Assembly: GCA_951812955.1 (NCBI GenBank)
Contig: OX638340.1
Location: forward strand, 352,001-416,000
Source: an uncultured Gemmatimonadota bacterium
Lineage (GTDB): Bacteria; JAAXHH01
Direction of reading: 5' to 3'
DNA: 64,000 nt
This document shows positions 47,508 to 55,843 of the stretch, one piece after another. The notes under the pieces were generated by a model. The model searched no databases. It was not told the origin of the DNA and saw nothing but the letters and a program-made list of their open reading frames with translations. A program made the position numbers and the translations under genes. Numbering within the stretch: the stretch's first letter is position 1; each line of letters starts with the position of its first letter.

Positions 47508-48770
47508 TTGCCAGAATCTACCGAAGGTTACAGAAAGACCGTACTCCCTAACGGCATCCGGGTGGTAACGGTGCGCATGCCGCACGTCCGGTCGGTAACG
47601 ATGGGCGTATGGGTGTGGTCCGGTACGCGGTTCGAACCTTCCGGATCCCCCGGGATCGCACACTTTCTCGAACACGCGGTATTTAAGGGTACCGAAAAGC
47701 GCAACGCATACCAGATCGCGCTGAGCATCGAGAGCCTGGGCGGATACCTCAACGCGTTCACCGGCCGGGAACTCAACTGCTACGTTGCCCGCGTGATGGA
47801 CAGTCACCTGCCCGTGGCCGTGGACGTTATCGGCGATCTGCTCCAGTCCTCGCGGTTCGATCCCCGGGAGATAGAGAAAGAAAAGACGGTGGTCATCGAG
47901 GAGATTCACGGGCTCGAAGACAATCCGGAAGACCTGGTCAACGAACTCTACGCCAACCTGGTCTGGCAGCCCCATCCTCTGAGCCGCCCGATCCTCGGCA
48001 ACACGGCCTCCGTCTCGTCCTTCACGCGGAGCGATCTGGTAGCCTATCTGGCGGACCGTTATCGCAACGACCGGATTCACATCATAGCGGCGGGTTGCGT
48101 GGATCACGACGGCCTGGTCGATCTCATACGGGACCAGTACGATTTCCCCGGTGATAGCCGGGAAGCCGGCCCGGATGACCAACCGGATTCCAACGGGGCG
48201 CGCAAGCGCGTACTGAGCAAGGACGTGTCCCAGGTGCATCTCTGTCTGGGTGGCATCGGACTGCCCTATTCCCATCCGTCGAAATACGCCCTGTTCCTAT
48301 TGAACGCCGTCCTGGGCGGAGGAATGACATCGCGGCTGTTCCAGAAAGTCCGCGAGGAGGCAGGACTGGCATATTCTATTTACTCGGATCTGGAGTTCTG
48401 CCGGGATACCGGCCAGATCTGCATCAGCGCGGGCGTGGACCCGAAGGATGCGCAGCGCACGATCGACTTGATCCGCCATGAGTGCCGGGTGCTGTGCGAG
48501 CAACCCGTTCCGGAGGATGAACTCCGCGACACGCGGTCTCAATTGGTCGGCGGCCTGTACCTCTCGCTGGAAGAAACCGGCAGCGTGATGAACCGCCTCG
48601 CCAGGGCGGAAATTTACGAAAACGCATATGCCTCGGTGGACGAGACCGTCCGGAAGCTGGAAGAAGTGACCGCTTCGGACATTTCCGATATGGCCAATAT
48701 CCTGTTCACGCCGGAAAACACGTACCTGACGGCCGTCGGGCCCGTATCCGACGGCGATATCACGCTTTGA
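47508..48770 (+). CDS. M16-family zinc metallopeptidase (pitrilysin/PqqL-like)
   Basis: 420-aa ORF (TTG start); inverted zinc motif 'HFLEHAVFKGT' and downstream 'E'; M16 active domain plus inactive C-terminal domain. Confidence 0.8.
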   Translation: MPESTEGYRKTVLPNGIRVVTVRMPHVRSVTMGVWVWSGTRFEPSGSPGIAHFLEHAVFKGTEKRNAYQIALSIESLGGYLNAFTGRELNCYVARVMDSHLPVAVDVIGDLLQSSRFDPREIEKEKTVVIEEIHGLEDNPEDLVNELYANLVWQPHPLSRPILGNTASVSSFTRSDLVAYLADRYRNDRIHIIAAGCVDHDGLVDLIRDQYDFPGDSREAGPDDQPDSNGARKRVLSKDVSQVHLCLGGIGLPYSHPSKYALFLLNAVLGGGMTSRLFQKVREEAGLAYSIYSDLEFCRDTGQICISAGVDPKDAQRTIDLIRHECRVLCEQPVPEDELRDTRSQLVGGLYLSLEETGSVMNRLARAEIYENAYASVDETVRKLEEVTASDISDMANILFTPENTYLTAVGPVSDGDITL

Positions 48771-48777
48771 GCGGCCT

Positions 48778-49230
48778 ATGAGCACGCCCGTCGTCATACC
48801 CATTACGTCGACACGTCCCGGCCGGTCCCATCCCATGCCGCGCCGGATGACCCCCGGGTCGACCGGGTTGGATCTGTACGCCTGTGTCGACGAGCCGTTG
48901 GAAATCCCGCCGAAGCAACTCGAGCTCATCGGGACGGGATACGCCATCGCGCTGCCTCCTGGATACGAAGGACAGGTGCGTCCCCGAAGCGGGCTGGCGC
49001 TGAAACACAAGATCGGCGTGCTCAACAGTCCGGGCACGATCGATTCGGACTACCGCGGGGAAATAAAGGTGATTCTGTTCAATTTCGGCGATCAGCCATA
49101 CCGGGTTCTTGACCGGGAGCGGATCGCCCAACTCGTAATCGGCGCCGTGCCTTCCGTAGTCTTCGAAGAGGTAGAGTGCCTGGACGATACGGACCGAGGC
49201 GCGGGCGGATACGGCCACACGGGACGATAA
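48778..49230 (+). CDS. dut: dUTP diphosphatase
   Basis: 150-aa ORF; 'RSGLALKHKIGVLNSPGTIDSDYRGEI' dUTPase motifs 2-4, C-terminal 'GAGGYGHTGR'. Confidence 0.9.
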   Translation: MSTPVVIPITSTRPGRSHPMPRRMTPGSTGLDLYACVDEPLEIPPKQLELIGTGYAIALPPGYEGQVRPRSGLALKHKIGVLNSPGTIDSDYRGEIKVILFNFGDQPYRVLDRERIAQLVIGAVPSVVFEEVECLDDTDRGAGGYGHTGR

Positions 49231-49232
49231 CC

Positions 49233-49571
49233 ATGCTGCTTCGACTGATCCTTACGACCCTGGCCATACTCCTGGTTACCAAAGTGTACGGCGGCATCCA
49301 GGTCGATTCCGTCACCACCGCGGTCATCGCGGCCGTCGTACTGGGCCTCATCAACATGATCGTGCGGCCCGTCATCGTACTCCTTACCCTGCCCATCAGC
49401 ATGCTCACCCTGGGCCTGTTTCTGCTGGTCATCAACGCCGGGATGCTTTCCCTGGCCGCGTGGCTGGTCAACGGATTCGAGGTAGGCGGTTTCTGGGATG
49501 CCCTGATCGCGTCGTTCATTATTTCGGTCGTCGTGGCCCTGTTGAACGGGTTGGTCAGGAGCAGGAGCTGA
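49233..49571 (+). CDS. DUF360 / phage-holin-IV-like small membrane protein
   Basis: ORF 49176..49571, start at ATG 49233 ('MLLRLILTTLAILLV'); 4 short TM segments with 'IVRPVIVLLTLPISMLTLGLFLLVINA' pattern. Confidence 0.55.
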   Translation: MLLRLILTTLAILLVTKVYGGIQVDSVTTAVIAAVVLGLINMIVRPVIVLLTLPISMLTLGLFLLVINAGMLSLAAWLVNGFEVGGFWDALIASFIISVVVALLNGLVRSRS

Positions 49572-49682
49572 AATCCCGGCGGCGCGTTCTCGGAACCGGC
49601 ATGCGGCGCCTGTTCGCACGGGCGCTTCAAACGTTACGATATTAACGGTTTTTCAAACATAGTTGCATACCAGGCAGGATAC

Positions 49683-51131
49683 ATGATCCAGATCAAAGAA
49701 ATCGACCTCCGCATCCAGAACATGCGCACCCGCATGCCCTTCAAATTTGGCATATCGACCATGACGGCCGTGCCGCACCTGGTGCTTCGCATGGAACTGG
49801 AAGTGAACGGACGCACCGGCAGCGGATATTCCGCGGATCACCTGCCGCCGAAGTGGTTCACGAAGAACCCGGAGACGTCCCTCGAGGACGAAGTAGGGGA
49901 CATGATCTCCGTTATCCGCCACGCAAGCGACGCCGCGCTGGCCCTGGGACCCGCGCCCGATCTGTTCACCCTCTGGCTCGAACTCTACCAGGCCCAGAAG
50001 ATCTGGGGCAACGGGAGAGGTTTTGCGCCACTCCTGTGGGGCCTGGGAAACAGCCTGGTGGAAAGGGCCATGATCGAGGCTTTCTGCCGCATACAGGGCA
50101 CGGATTTCGGTAAAGCCGTGCGATCAAACGCCTTCGGCATTCGTTTCGATGCGTTCAATAGCCGTTTGAAGGGCCTGGCGCCCGCCGATGTGTTGCCCGG
50201 CTCCCCGATCACAGTCACCAACGTGCGCCATACCGTAGGGCTGGGAGACCCCCTGACCACGCAGGATATACCGCCGGAGGAGCTTTGCAACGACGGGCTG
50301 CCCCAGTCGCTGGACGAAGTCATCGACACCTATGGCATAACGTACTTCAAGATCAAGCTGTTCGGGGATGTAGCACGGGATATAGATCGCCTGAAGCAGA
50401 CGGCCAGTATCATCGACGGGCGATTGAACCAGTATGCGTTCACGCTGGACGGCAATGAAAACTACGGAGACATGGAAACGTTCCGGTCCTTCTGGGAATC
50501 ACTGCGGGCCGACCGTAATCTGGCAGGATTCCTCGGGCGGCTAATCTGCATCGAGCAGCCATTGCATCGCGATATAGCGCTGGATAAAGCACTCAGTGAG
50601 CATTTCGAGGCATGGCCTGACAGGCCACCATTCATTATCGACGAATCCGATGGGGACATCGGCGACCTGGAACGGGCCGTCGATATCGGTTACGCGGGTA
50701 CAAGTTACAAGAACTGTAAAGGAGTGTTCAAAGGGCTGTCCAACGCAGCTTATCTCGAGTACCTGGCAAGACAGCATCCGGACCGCCGGTACGTACTGAC
50801 GAGCGAAGACCTGTCCAACATCGGGCCGATCGCTCTTGCGCAGGACCTCGCAGTATTGGCCACATTAGGGGTTGACCACACAGAGCGGAACAGCCACCAT
50901 TACTTCAGAGGATTGACGACCTGGCCCCGCAAGATCCAGGAACAGATGCGATTATGTCATCCGGATCTGTTCAGTGTGCACGAAGAAGGTTTCACATGCA
51001 TGCACATCGAACAGGGTCGGATCAGTCTGGAGAGCGTAACGAAAAGTCCCTTCGGGGTAGGATTCGAATTCGACAGTTCAAAGCTTACCCCGCTGGATGA
51101 CTGGGAATATGCTACGCTGGATGTTGAATAA
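49683..51131 (+). CDS. Atypical long enolase-superfamily-like protein (MR subgroup KxK motif)
   Basis: 482-aa ORF; N-terminal 'IKEIDLRIQNMRTRMPFKFGIS...RMELEVNGRTGSGYS' capping-domain pattern, 'ITYFKIKLFGD' (K-x-K), 'LDGNENY', 'ICIEQP', 'IIDESDGD' in positions consistent with barrel-strand metal ligands. Not a standard family member; assigned by motif logic only. Confidence 0.4.
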   Translation: MIQIKEIDLRIQNMRTRMPFKFGISTMTAVPHLVLRMELEVNGRTGSGYSADHLPPKWFTKNPETSLEDEVGDMISVIRHASDAALALGPAPDLFTLWLELYQAQKIWGNGRGFAPLLWGLGNSLVERAMIEAFCRIQGTDFGKAVRSNAFGIRFDAFNSRLKGLAPADVLPGSPITVTNVRHTVGLGDPLTTQDIPPEELCNDGLPQSLDEVIDTYGITYFKIKLFGDVARDIDRLKQTASIIDGRLNQYAFTLDGNENYGDMETFRSFWESLRADRNLAGFLGRLICIEQPLHRDIALDKALSEHFEAWPDRPPFIIDESDGDIGDLERAVDIGYAGTSYKNCKGVFKGLSNAAYLEYLARQHPDRRYVLTSEDLSNIGPIALAQDLAVLATLGVDHTERNSHHYFRGLTTWPRKIQEQMRLCHPDLFSVHEEGFTCMHIEQGRISLESVTKSPFGVGFEFDSSKLTPLDDWEYATLDVE

Positions 51132-51926
51132 CAAGCGTGTGAGTGATGTTCGACATTTTGGAATTTTCATCGCGCGGAGAATTTACACCGAACCGGACGT
51201 ACAAATAGAAAGTAAATTGTACGCTTTCTGGAGCAAAACATACAGACAGAGTATTCATTGTACATTTGAAGCAGACCGATGTACAAATCATATAACAATT
51301 GTACAAATATACAGAAACGCTATGAAAGCACGCGAAATGAGCCTTCGGGCAGAGATCGATAAGAAAATCCGGCCGGTCACGATGAGCTCGCGGCATCAAT
51401 TAGTACGTTTCGGAACCGAAAATCGGGATTTCGAGGGTAGTTTCGACCCACCCCCTGACCCTCCAGGGACCGGATCAGAGCACATATAGATTTACATAAT
51501 ATCTATTATGCGAAGTAGGGATTTAGAGGGGTATACGAGGGATTTTGGGTCCGGAGACTATAAATCAGCTCAGAATAGACTTTCGAGAGGTAATGTACAA
51601 AAGAAAGATTATTTGTACGAACGCGGTAAATCTGAATACAAAAGAGGTAATGTTTGTACGAATGGGTGAATAGCATGTACAGAGATAGATAGAATAGTAC
51701 AGTGATACTAGTACAAATATAAAGATGGTTGTACAAGTTTGTTGAGATATCGTACTAAGAATAGATGTATTGTACGCAGGGTTATCTTAATAAAAATCTT
51801 AATTTGTATTTTTCGTGGCATGACAAATTAAAATCGAAAGATGTAAATGAAACAAACCTCGTTTCTTCAGAATGCAACCTCCCGTTCAATCCAGCATTCC
51901 AATCACCAATTTCCAGAGTAAATTCC
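51131..51926. repeat. ~800-bp low-GC island densely populated with TGTAC(A/G) motifs and longer imperfect direct repeats
   Basis: At least 14 copies of tgtaca/tgtacg/agtaca (e.g. cattgtacattt, cgatgtacaaatc, caattgtacaaatat, taatgtacaaaag, atttgtacgaacg, gtttgtacgaatg, catgtacagag, actagtacaaatat, ggttgtacaagtt, attgtacgcagg). 'agaggtaatgt' recurs ~55 bp apart. GC visibly ~35% against ~62% for the flanks. Confidence 0.75.
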
Positions 51927-52919
51927 TTGCGGTCACAACGACTGGTCAACACTGATTTCCGAAAGATAATACTGGAAGAGTATGAGATTCCTTCCGTGCC
52001 GGATGACAGTGTACTCGTACAAAACGAATATACTGCTGTCAGCGTAGGCACTGAAGTCTACAATTATATACATGGGTGTGAACCGGGCGGTGAGCCTCGA
52101 TTCCCCAGGAACACGGGCTATTGCAACGCAGGTGTAGCGCTGAAGGTTGGTAGGGACGTGCAGGGGATTGTACCGGGGGATCGTGTCGCCGGCCAGGGAA
52201 ACCACGCAAGTCATTCCATAATGTCGGGCTTGATCAGCAAGGTGCCGGCGAACGTATCGTCCAGGGCGGCGGCGTTCATGGTGATGTGTGCGACCTCATT
52301 GCATGGTCACCGCGTTGCCCGTCCCGAGCTGGGCGAGGCCGTCGTAGTGACCGGCATGGGCATCGTCGGTCAATTGGCTGCATCCTTTGCCCGGCTGAGC
52401 GGCGCTGTACCCGTCATTGGCGTGGATTTGGACGACTTTCGCCTTCAAAAAGCCCGTGAACGCGGGGTCGACGTGTGTATCAACCCGGAAAAGGAACCTG
52501 ATGTGGCTGAGGCGGTGCGCCGGTACTGTGCGGCAGACGGTGCTGACTTGGTCATCGAAGCGACCGGGGTACCCTCCGTGTATCCAATGGCACTGACCCT
52601 GCCGAGACTCGGCGGCCGTTTGCTCGCCCTCGGTTCGCCGCGCGGATCGGTGGAAGTGAGCTTTTTCGCCGAGGTCCATCTGCGCGAGGTCACGATCCTG
52701 GGCGCCCACCAGCCCAAAACACCTGATGAGGCTGACCTGTACTATCCCTGGAGCAAGCGAAGGGACCGCGACCTGGTCCTCCGGCTCATGGGTGAAGGAA
52801 AACTGCCGATCGAAGACCTGATTACTCACGAAGCAAATCCCGCCGATTGCCAGTCCGTTTACGACATGCTTGCGGATCGTCCCAGGGATGTGCTTGGGGT
52901 GGTGTTCAGGTGGGTGTGA
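51927..52919 (+). CDS. Zinc-dependent alcohol dehydrogenase (MDR family); 5' end uncertain
   Basis: ORF 51765..52919, but its first ~55 codons are low-GC junk. Recognisable MDR sequence starts near 'KIILEEYEIPSVPDDSVLVQNEYTAVSVGTEVYNY'; in-frame TTG at 51927 proposed as start. 'VTGMGIVGQLAA' Rossmann motif. Confidence 0.65.
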   Translation: MRSQRLVNTDFRKIILEEYEIPSVPDDSVLVQNEYTAVSVGTEVYNYIHGCEPGGEPRFPRNTGYCNAGVALKVGRDVQGIVPGDRVAGQGNHASHSIMSGLISKVPANVSSRAAAFMVMCATSLHGHRVARPELGEAVVVTGMGIVGQLAASFARLSGAVPVIGVDLDDFRLQKARERGVDVCINPEKEPDVAEAVRRYCAADGADLVIEATGVPSVYPMALTLPRLGGRLLALGSPRGSVEVSFFAEVHLREVTILGAHQPKTPDEADLYYPWSKRRDRDLVLRLMGEGKLPIEDLITHEANPADCQSVYDMLADRPRDVLGVVFRWV

Positions 52920-53065
52920 TCCCATACGATTTTCTCCTTGACTTGAACCCTGATTTTGCCGTTATGTTAACGGTCGGGTTTCACCATTGTACCGGTGAAT
53001 CCCGGTATGCGTAACCATTTGCAAGACAAGCATTTACCAATTGTATGAAATCGAGAGGAAGTTCC

Positions 53066-53308
53066 ATGACCGTATCCATCAAGCTCTTTGCCACCCTGCG
53101 GAAATTCCTGCCCGAAAACGCGGTCAACAAAACCGCGACGCTTGAACTCGGAGACCAGGCCACGGCGAGCGATATCATCAAGCAATTGGACATCCCCGAT
53201 GGCCACATACACCTGATTCTGATCGACGGCAAGCACTCGGCTGAAGACACCCCCCTTACCGACGGCGCGGTGGTCAGCTTTTTTCCACCGATTGCCGGCG
53301 GGGCGTAG
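53066..53308 (+). CDS. MoaD/ThiS-family ubiquitin-like sulfur-carrier-type protein ending ...IAGGA
   Basis: Start at ATG 53066 with GAGAGGAAG Shine-Dalgarno sequence; 'MTVSIKLFATLRKF...LELGDQATASDIIKQL...DGAVVSFFPPIAGGA' beta-grasp pattern with a Gly-Gly followed by one extra Ala before the stop. Confidence 0.55.
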   Translation: MTVSIKLFATLRKFLPENAVNKTATLELGDQATASDIIKQLDIPDGHIHLILIDGKHSAEDTPLTDGAVVSFFPPIAGGA

Positions 53309-53313
53309 GGTCG

Positions 53314-53607
53314 GTGTCCCACCATACCTTCTACGGATTCAAGCTGGAAGACGCCGTACGGGGACTGAAACGGGCGCTGCGGGACGAACAGATCCCCGTC
53401 GTATCGATCAGCGAGGATGAAAACAAGGTAGTCTTCGCAGTTCGGATCTCATCTGAAACAGGCAAAATCAGCCTGGTCGCCCATACCACCAATGCCCATC
53501 CCCTGGCCAGGCTCGGTGATATACCCGCGATCGAAGTCGCGGTCGACGATCATCTCCCCGATGTTAGGTCCGTGCTCACCATGGCATTTCTGAGAGGCGG
53601 AGGCTGA
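53314..53607 (+). CDS. Hypothetical small protein (97 aa) ending ...RGGG
   Basis: ORF 6 nt downstream of the MoaD-like gene; no family recognised by eye; C-terminus 'AFLRGGG'. Confidence 0.35.
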   Translation: MSHHTFYGFKLEDAVRGLKRALRDEQIPVVSISEDENKVVFAVRISSETGKISLVAHTTNAHPLARLGDIPAIEVAVDDHLPDVRSVLTMAFLRGGG

Positions 53608-53611
53608 CAAT

Positions 53612-55153
53612 ATGCGCGTCCGATTCCAGGCTCCCCTGGGTTTTTCGGTTTTACTGTGCATTTCCCTTCTCCTGGCAATAACGCTTCCGTTATCGGCCCA
53701 GGTCTCCGGAAACGGCAATCCGGCGGGGCGGATCGCCGTGGCCACGTCCGTCCTGAATCAGCTTTCCGATCTCGACGCCGGATTCCTGATCCCCAAAACC
53801 TTCGAGAAGGTCAGCGAGGCTTACGAACGGTATACCGGTGTAGTCCGGGAAGGCGAATCGATCCGCGATATCGAGCGGGCCTATTCGGAATTCGACGCCG
53901 CCGTGATCCAGGCGCGGGAACGACTGACGCGCGTGAACGAGATGTTGATGGTACCGCTGGGAAAACGGGCTGCGGCGCGGCGGGCGAATGCACCCGCGAT
54001 GGTTCCGGATGCCTACGAGGCGGCCGAAAAACGCCTCGAACGGGCTATTTCCAGGCTGGAAGACGACCGGGTCTCCGACGCCTTCTCGCTGGGACAGGAA
54101 GCGGCCGGTCTCTACGATGACGCCAGGTCGTCGGTGATCGAGATGTCGCTCATCGGGACGGCCAGGATCGGACTGTCGGAAGCAGAGAAGAAGGACTGGG
54201 ACCGGCTCGCTCCGGCCTCATTCGAACAAGCCCGCCGGTTGATGGACGAAGTGACCGGCGCCCTGGACCGCGGAGAACTCCTTACCGCCGCGCTGCGTAA
54301 CAAGGCCCAGGCCGCCGATTACGCGGTAAGACGGGCGATCGGGCTCGCGGCGAGGATCGACTCGCTAAGGCGCGATCCCGGGAACTGGGAGCGCATGTTG
54401 TTGTCGCGGCAGGATCTCGCACGGCAGGCGGCCGACGTGGCGGGGATCGCCGCCGATTTTCTGGCGGATGAACCACAGGCGATTATAAAGGAAAGCCTGC
54501 GTACGCTTTCCGCGAAACAGGACTCGCTCGTCCTCCTGCTCCAGCGGGCCGATGCTAACGCCGCAGCATCCAGCGCGGAAGCCGATTCCCTGCGTCAGGC
54601 GATCGAGCAGCAGCAGATCCGCCTGTCGTCCATGGTGGAGGAGTTCCAGCTGGACCTTCAGCGAAGAAAGGAAGCGCTGGACCGGGAACGCCGCGAACTC
54701 AGGGAATACCTGTACGAAAAGACCCAGCTGGATGCGGCTGCGCAGGCCAGGGAGCGTTTTGCGGACAGCGAATCGATCGTGACGCGTGAGTCCGGCCGTC
54801 TCATCCTGCGGCTTATAGGGATTTCGTTCCGGGCTGGAAGAACGGAACTACCCGCGGACGCCCACGGACTGCTCGCGAGGCTCGGGGAATTTCTCGCGCT
54901 ATATCCCCAGACCCGTGTTGCCGTGGAGGGACATACCGATGCCACGGGAAAAGAAGACAAGAACATCGAACTTTCCAAAGCGCGCGCCGAAGCGGTCATG
55001 GGGTCTCTTGCGGACCAGTCCGGTGTCTCGACCGAACGCATGACGTCCTCGGGACTTGGCAGTGCTCAGCCCATCGCCAGCAACAATACGCGTAGTGGCA
55101 GGGAGCAGAACCGAAGGATCGACGTAGTGCTGACCTTCAGTAGAGATCCCTAA
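53612..55153 (+). CDS. OmpA-family outer-membrane/periplasmic protein with coiled-coil middle region
   Basis: Signal peptide 'MRVRFQAPLGFSVLLCISLLLAITLPLSAQ'; C-terminal OmpA-like domain ('VAVEGHTDATGKEDKNIELSKARAEAV...NRRIDVVL'). Confidence 0.8.
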   Translation: MRVRFQAPLGFSVLLCISLLLAITLPLSAQVSGNGNPAGRIAVATSVLNQLSDLDAGFLIPKTFEKVSEAYERYTGVVREGESIRDIERAYSEFDAAVIQARERLTRVNEMLMVPLGKRAAARRANAPAMVPDAYEAAEKRLERAISRLEDDRVSDAFSLGQEAAGLYDDARSSVIEMSLIGTARIGLSEAEKKDWDRLAPASFEQARRLMDEVTGALDRGELLTAALRNKAQAADYAVRRAIGLAARIDSLRRDPGNWERMLLSRQDLARQAADVAGIAADFLADEPQAIIKESLRTLSAKQDSLVLLLQRADANAAASSAEADSLRQAIEQQQIRLSSMVEEFQLDLQRRKEALDRERRELREYLYEKTQLDAAAQARERFADSESIVTRESGRLILRLIGISFRAGRTELPADAHGLLARLGEFLALYPQTRVAVEGHTDATGKEDKNIELSKARAEAVMGSLADQSGVSTERMTSSGLGSAQPIASNNTRSGREQNRRIDVVLTFSRDP

Positions 55154-55177
55154 CACACCTGCGAGGAGAACGCGAAA

Positions 55178-55843
55178 TTGAGCAAAGAAACAGGCAACGA
55201 ACCCTTCGAAGAGATGAGAAGGCTGCTTTTCTCATCGGTAATCGCCGATGCGCTGGATGCCTGCGGATATCGTGACCAGATCCTGCGACACGACATCCGG
55301 CCCCTGTATCCCGATGCGGTCGTGGTGGGCCGGGCGCTGACCGTACTTTCGGTCGACGTATACGAGATTCCCGAAGAGCCCTACAAGCTCGAGTTGGAAG
55401 CCGTGGATGCCCTGAAGCCGGGCGATGTGCTCGTCGCGCAGACCAACGGTACGACGCGAAGCAGTCTCTGGGGCGAGCTGCTTTCAACGGCCGCGGAAGT
55501 CCGCGGTGCGCGTGGCGCCGTGATCGATGGCTTTACGCGGGATACACAGGCCATTTGCGCCATGGGGTTCCCGGTTTTCGTCCGCGGCATCGCGCCATAC
55601 GATTCGAAGGGACGAAGCGACGTGATCGCATACGATGTGCCCATTGAGTGCGGCGGCGTCAAGGTGTGTCCGGGAGATCTCGTCTTCGGAGATTACGACG
55701 GGGTTGTGGCGATTCCCCGGGCCGCCGAAGAGCAGGTATTGAAAGCGGCGTTCGAAAAGGCTGCCGGAGAAAAAGAAGTGAAGGAAGCGCTGGAAAACGG
55801 CATGTCCGCCACCGCTGCCTTTCAAAAATACGGCATTCTCTGA
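55178..55843 (+). CDS. RraA-family protein (RraA / 4-hydroxy-4-methyl-2-oxoglutarate aldolase-like)
   Basis: 221-aa ORF; 'SSVIADALDACGYRDQ', 'GDVLVAQTNGTTRSSLWGELLSTAA', 'GAVIDGFTRD' RraA-fold signatures. Confidence 0.75.
   Translation: MSKETGNEPFEEMRRLLFSSVIADALDACGYRDQILRHDIRPLYPDAVVVGRALTVLSVDVYEIPEEPYKLELEAVDALKPGDVLVAQTNGTTRSSLWGELLSTAAEVRGARGAVIDGFTRDTQAICAMGFPVFVRGIAPYDSKGRSDVIAYDVPIECGGVKVCPGDLVFGDYDGVVAIPRAAEEQVLKAAFEKAAGEKEVKEALENGMSATAAFQKYGIL

Noticed and set aside
51097-51736. Small ORFs (130 aa plus-strand, 76 aa minus-strand) inside the low-GC TGTACA island
   Set aside because: Their amino-acid composition is driven by AT-richness, they have no motifs, and they are riddled with the repeat motif, so the region is treated as non-coding.
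55648-55842. Arg/Gly-rich N-terminal extension of the formiminotransferase ORF
   Set aside because: It overlaps the rraA-like gene in another frame, and 'MKPLVECVPNFSEGRD' at 55843 is the canonical formiminotransferase start.
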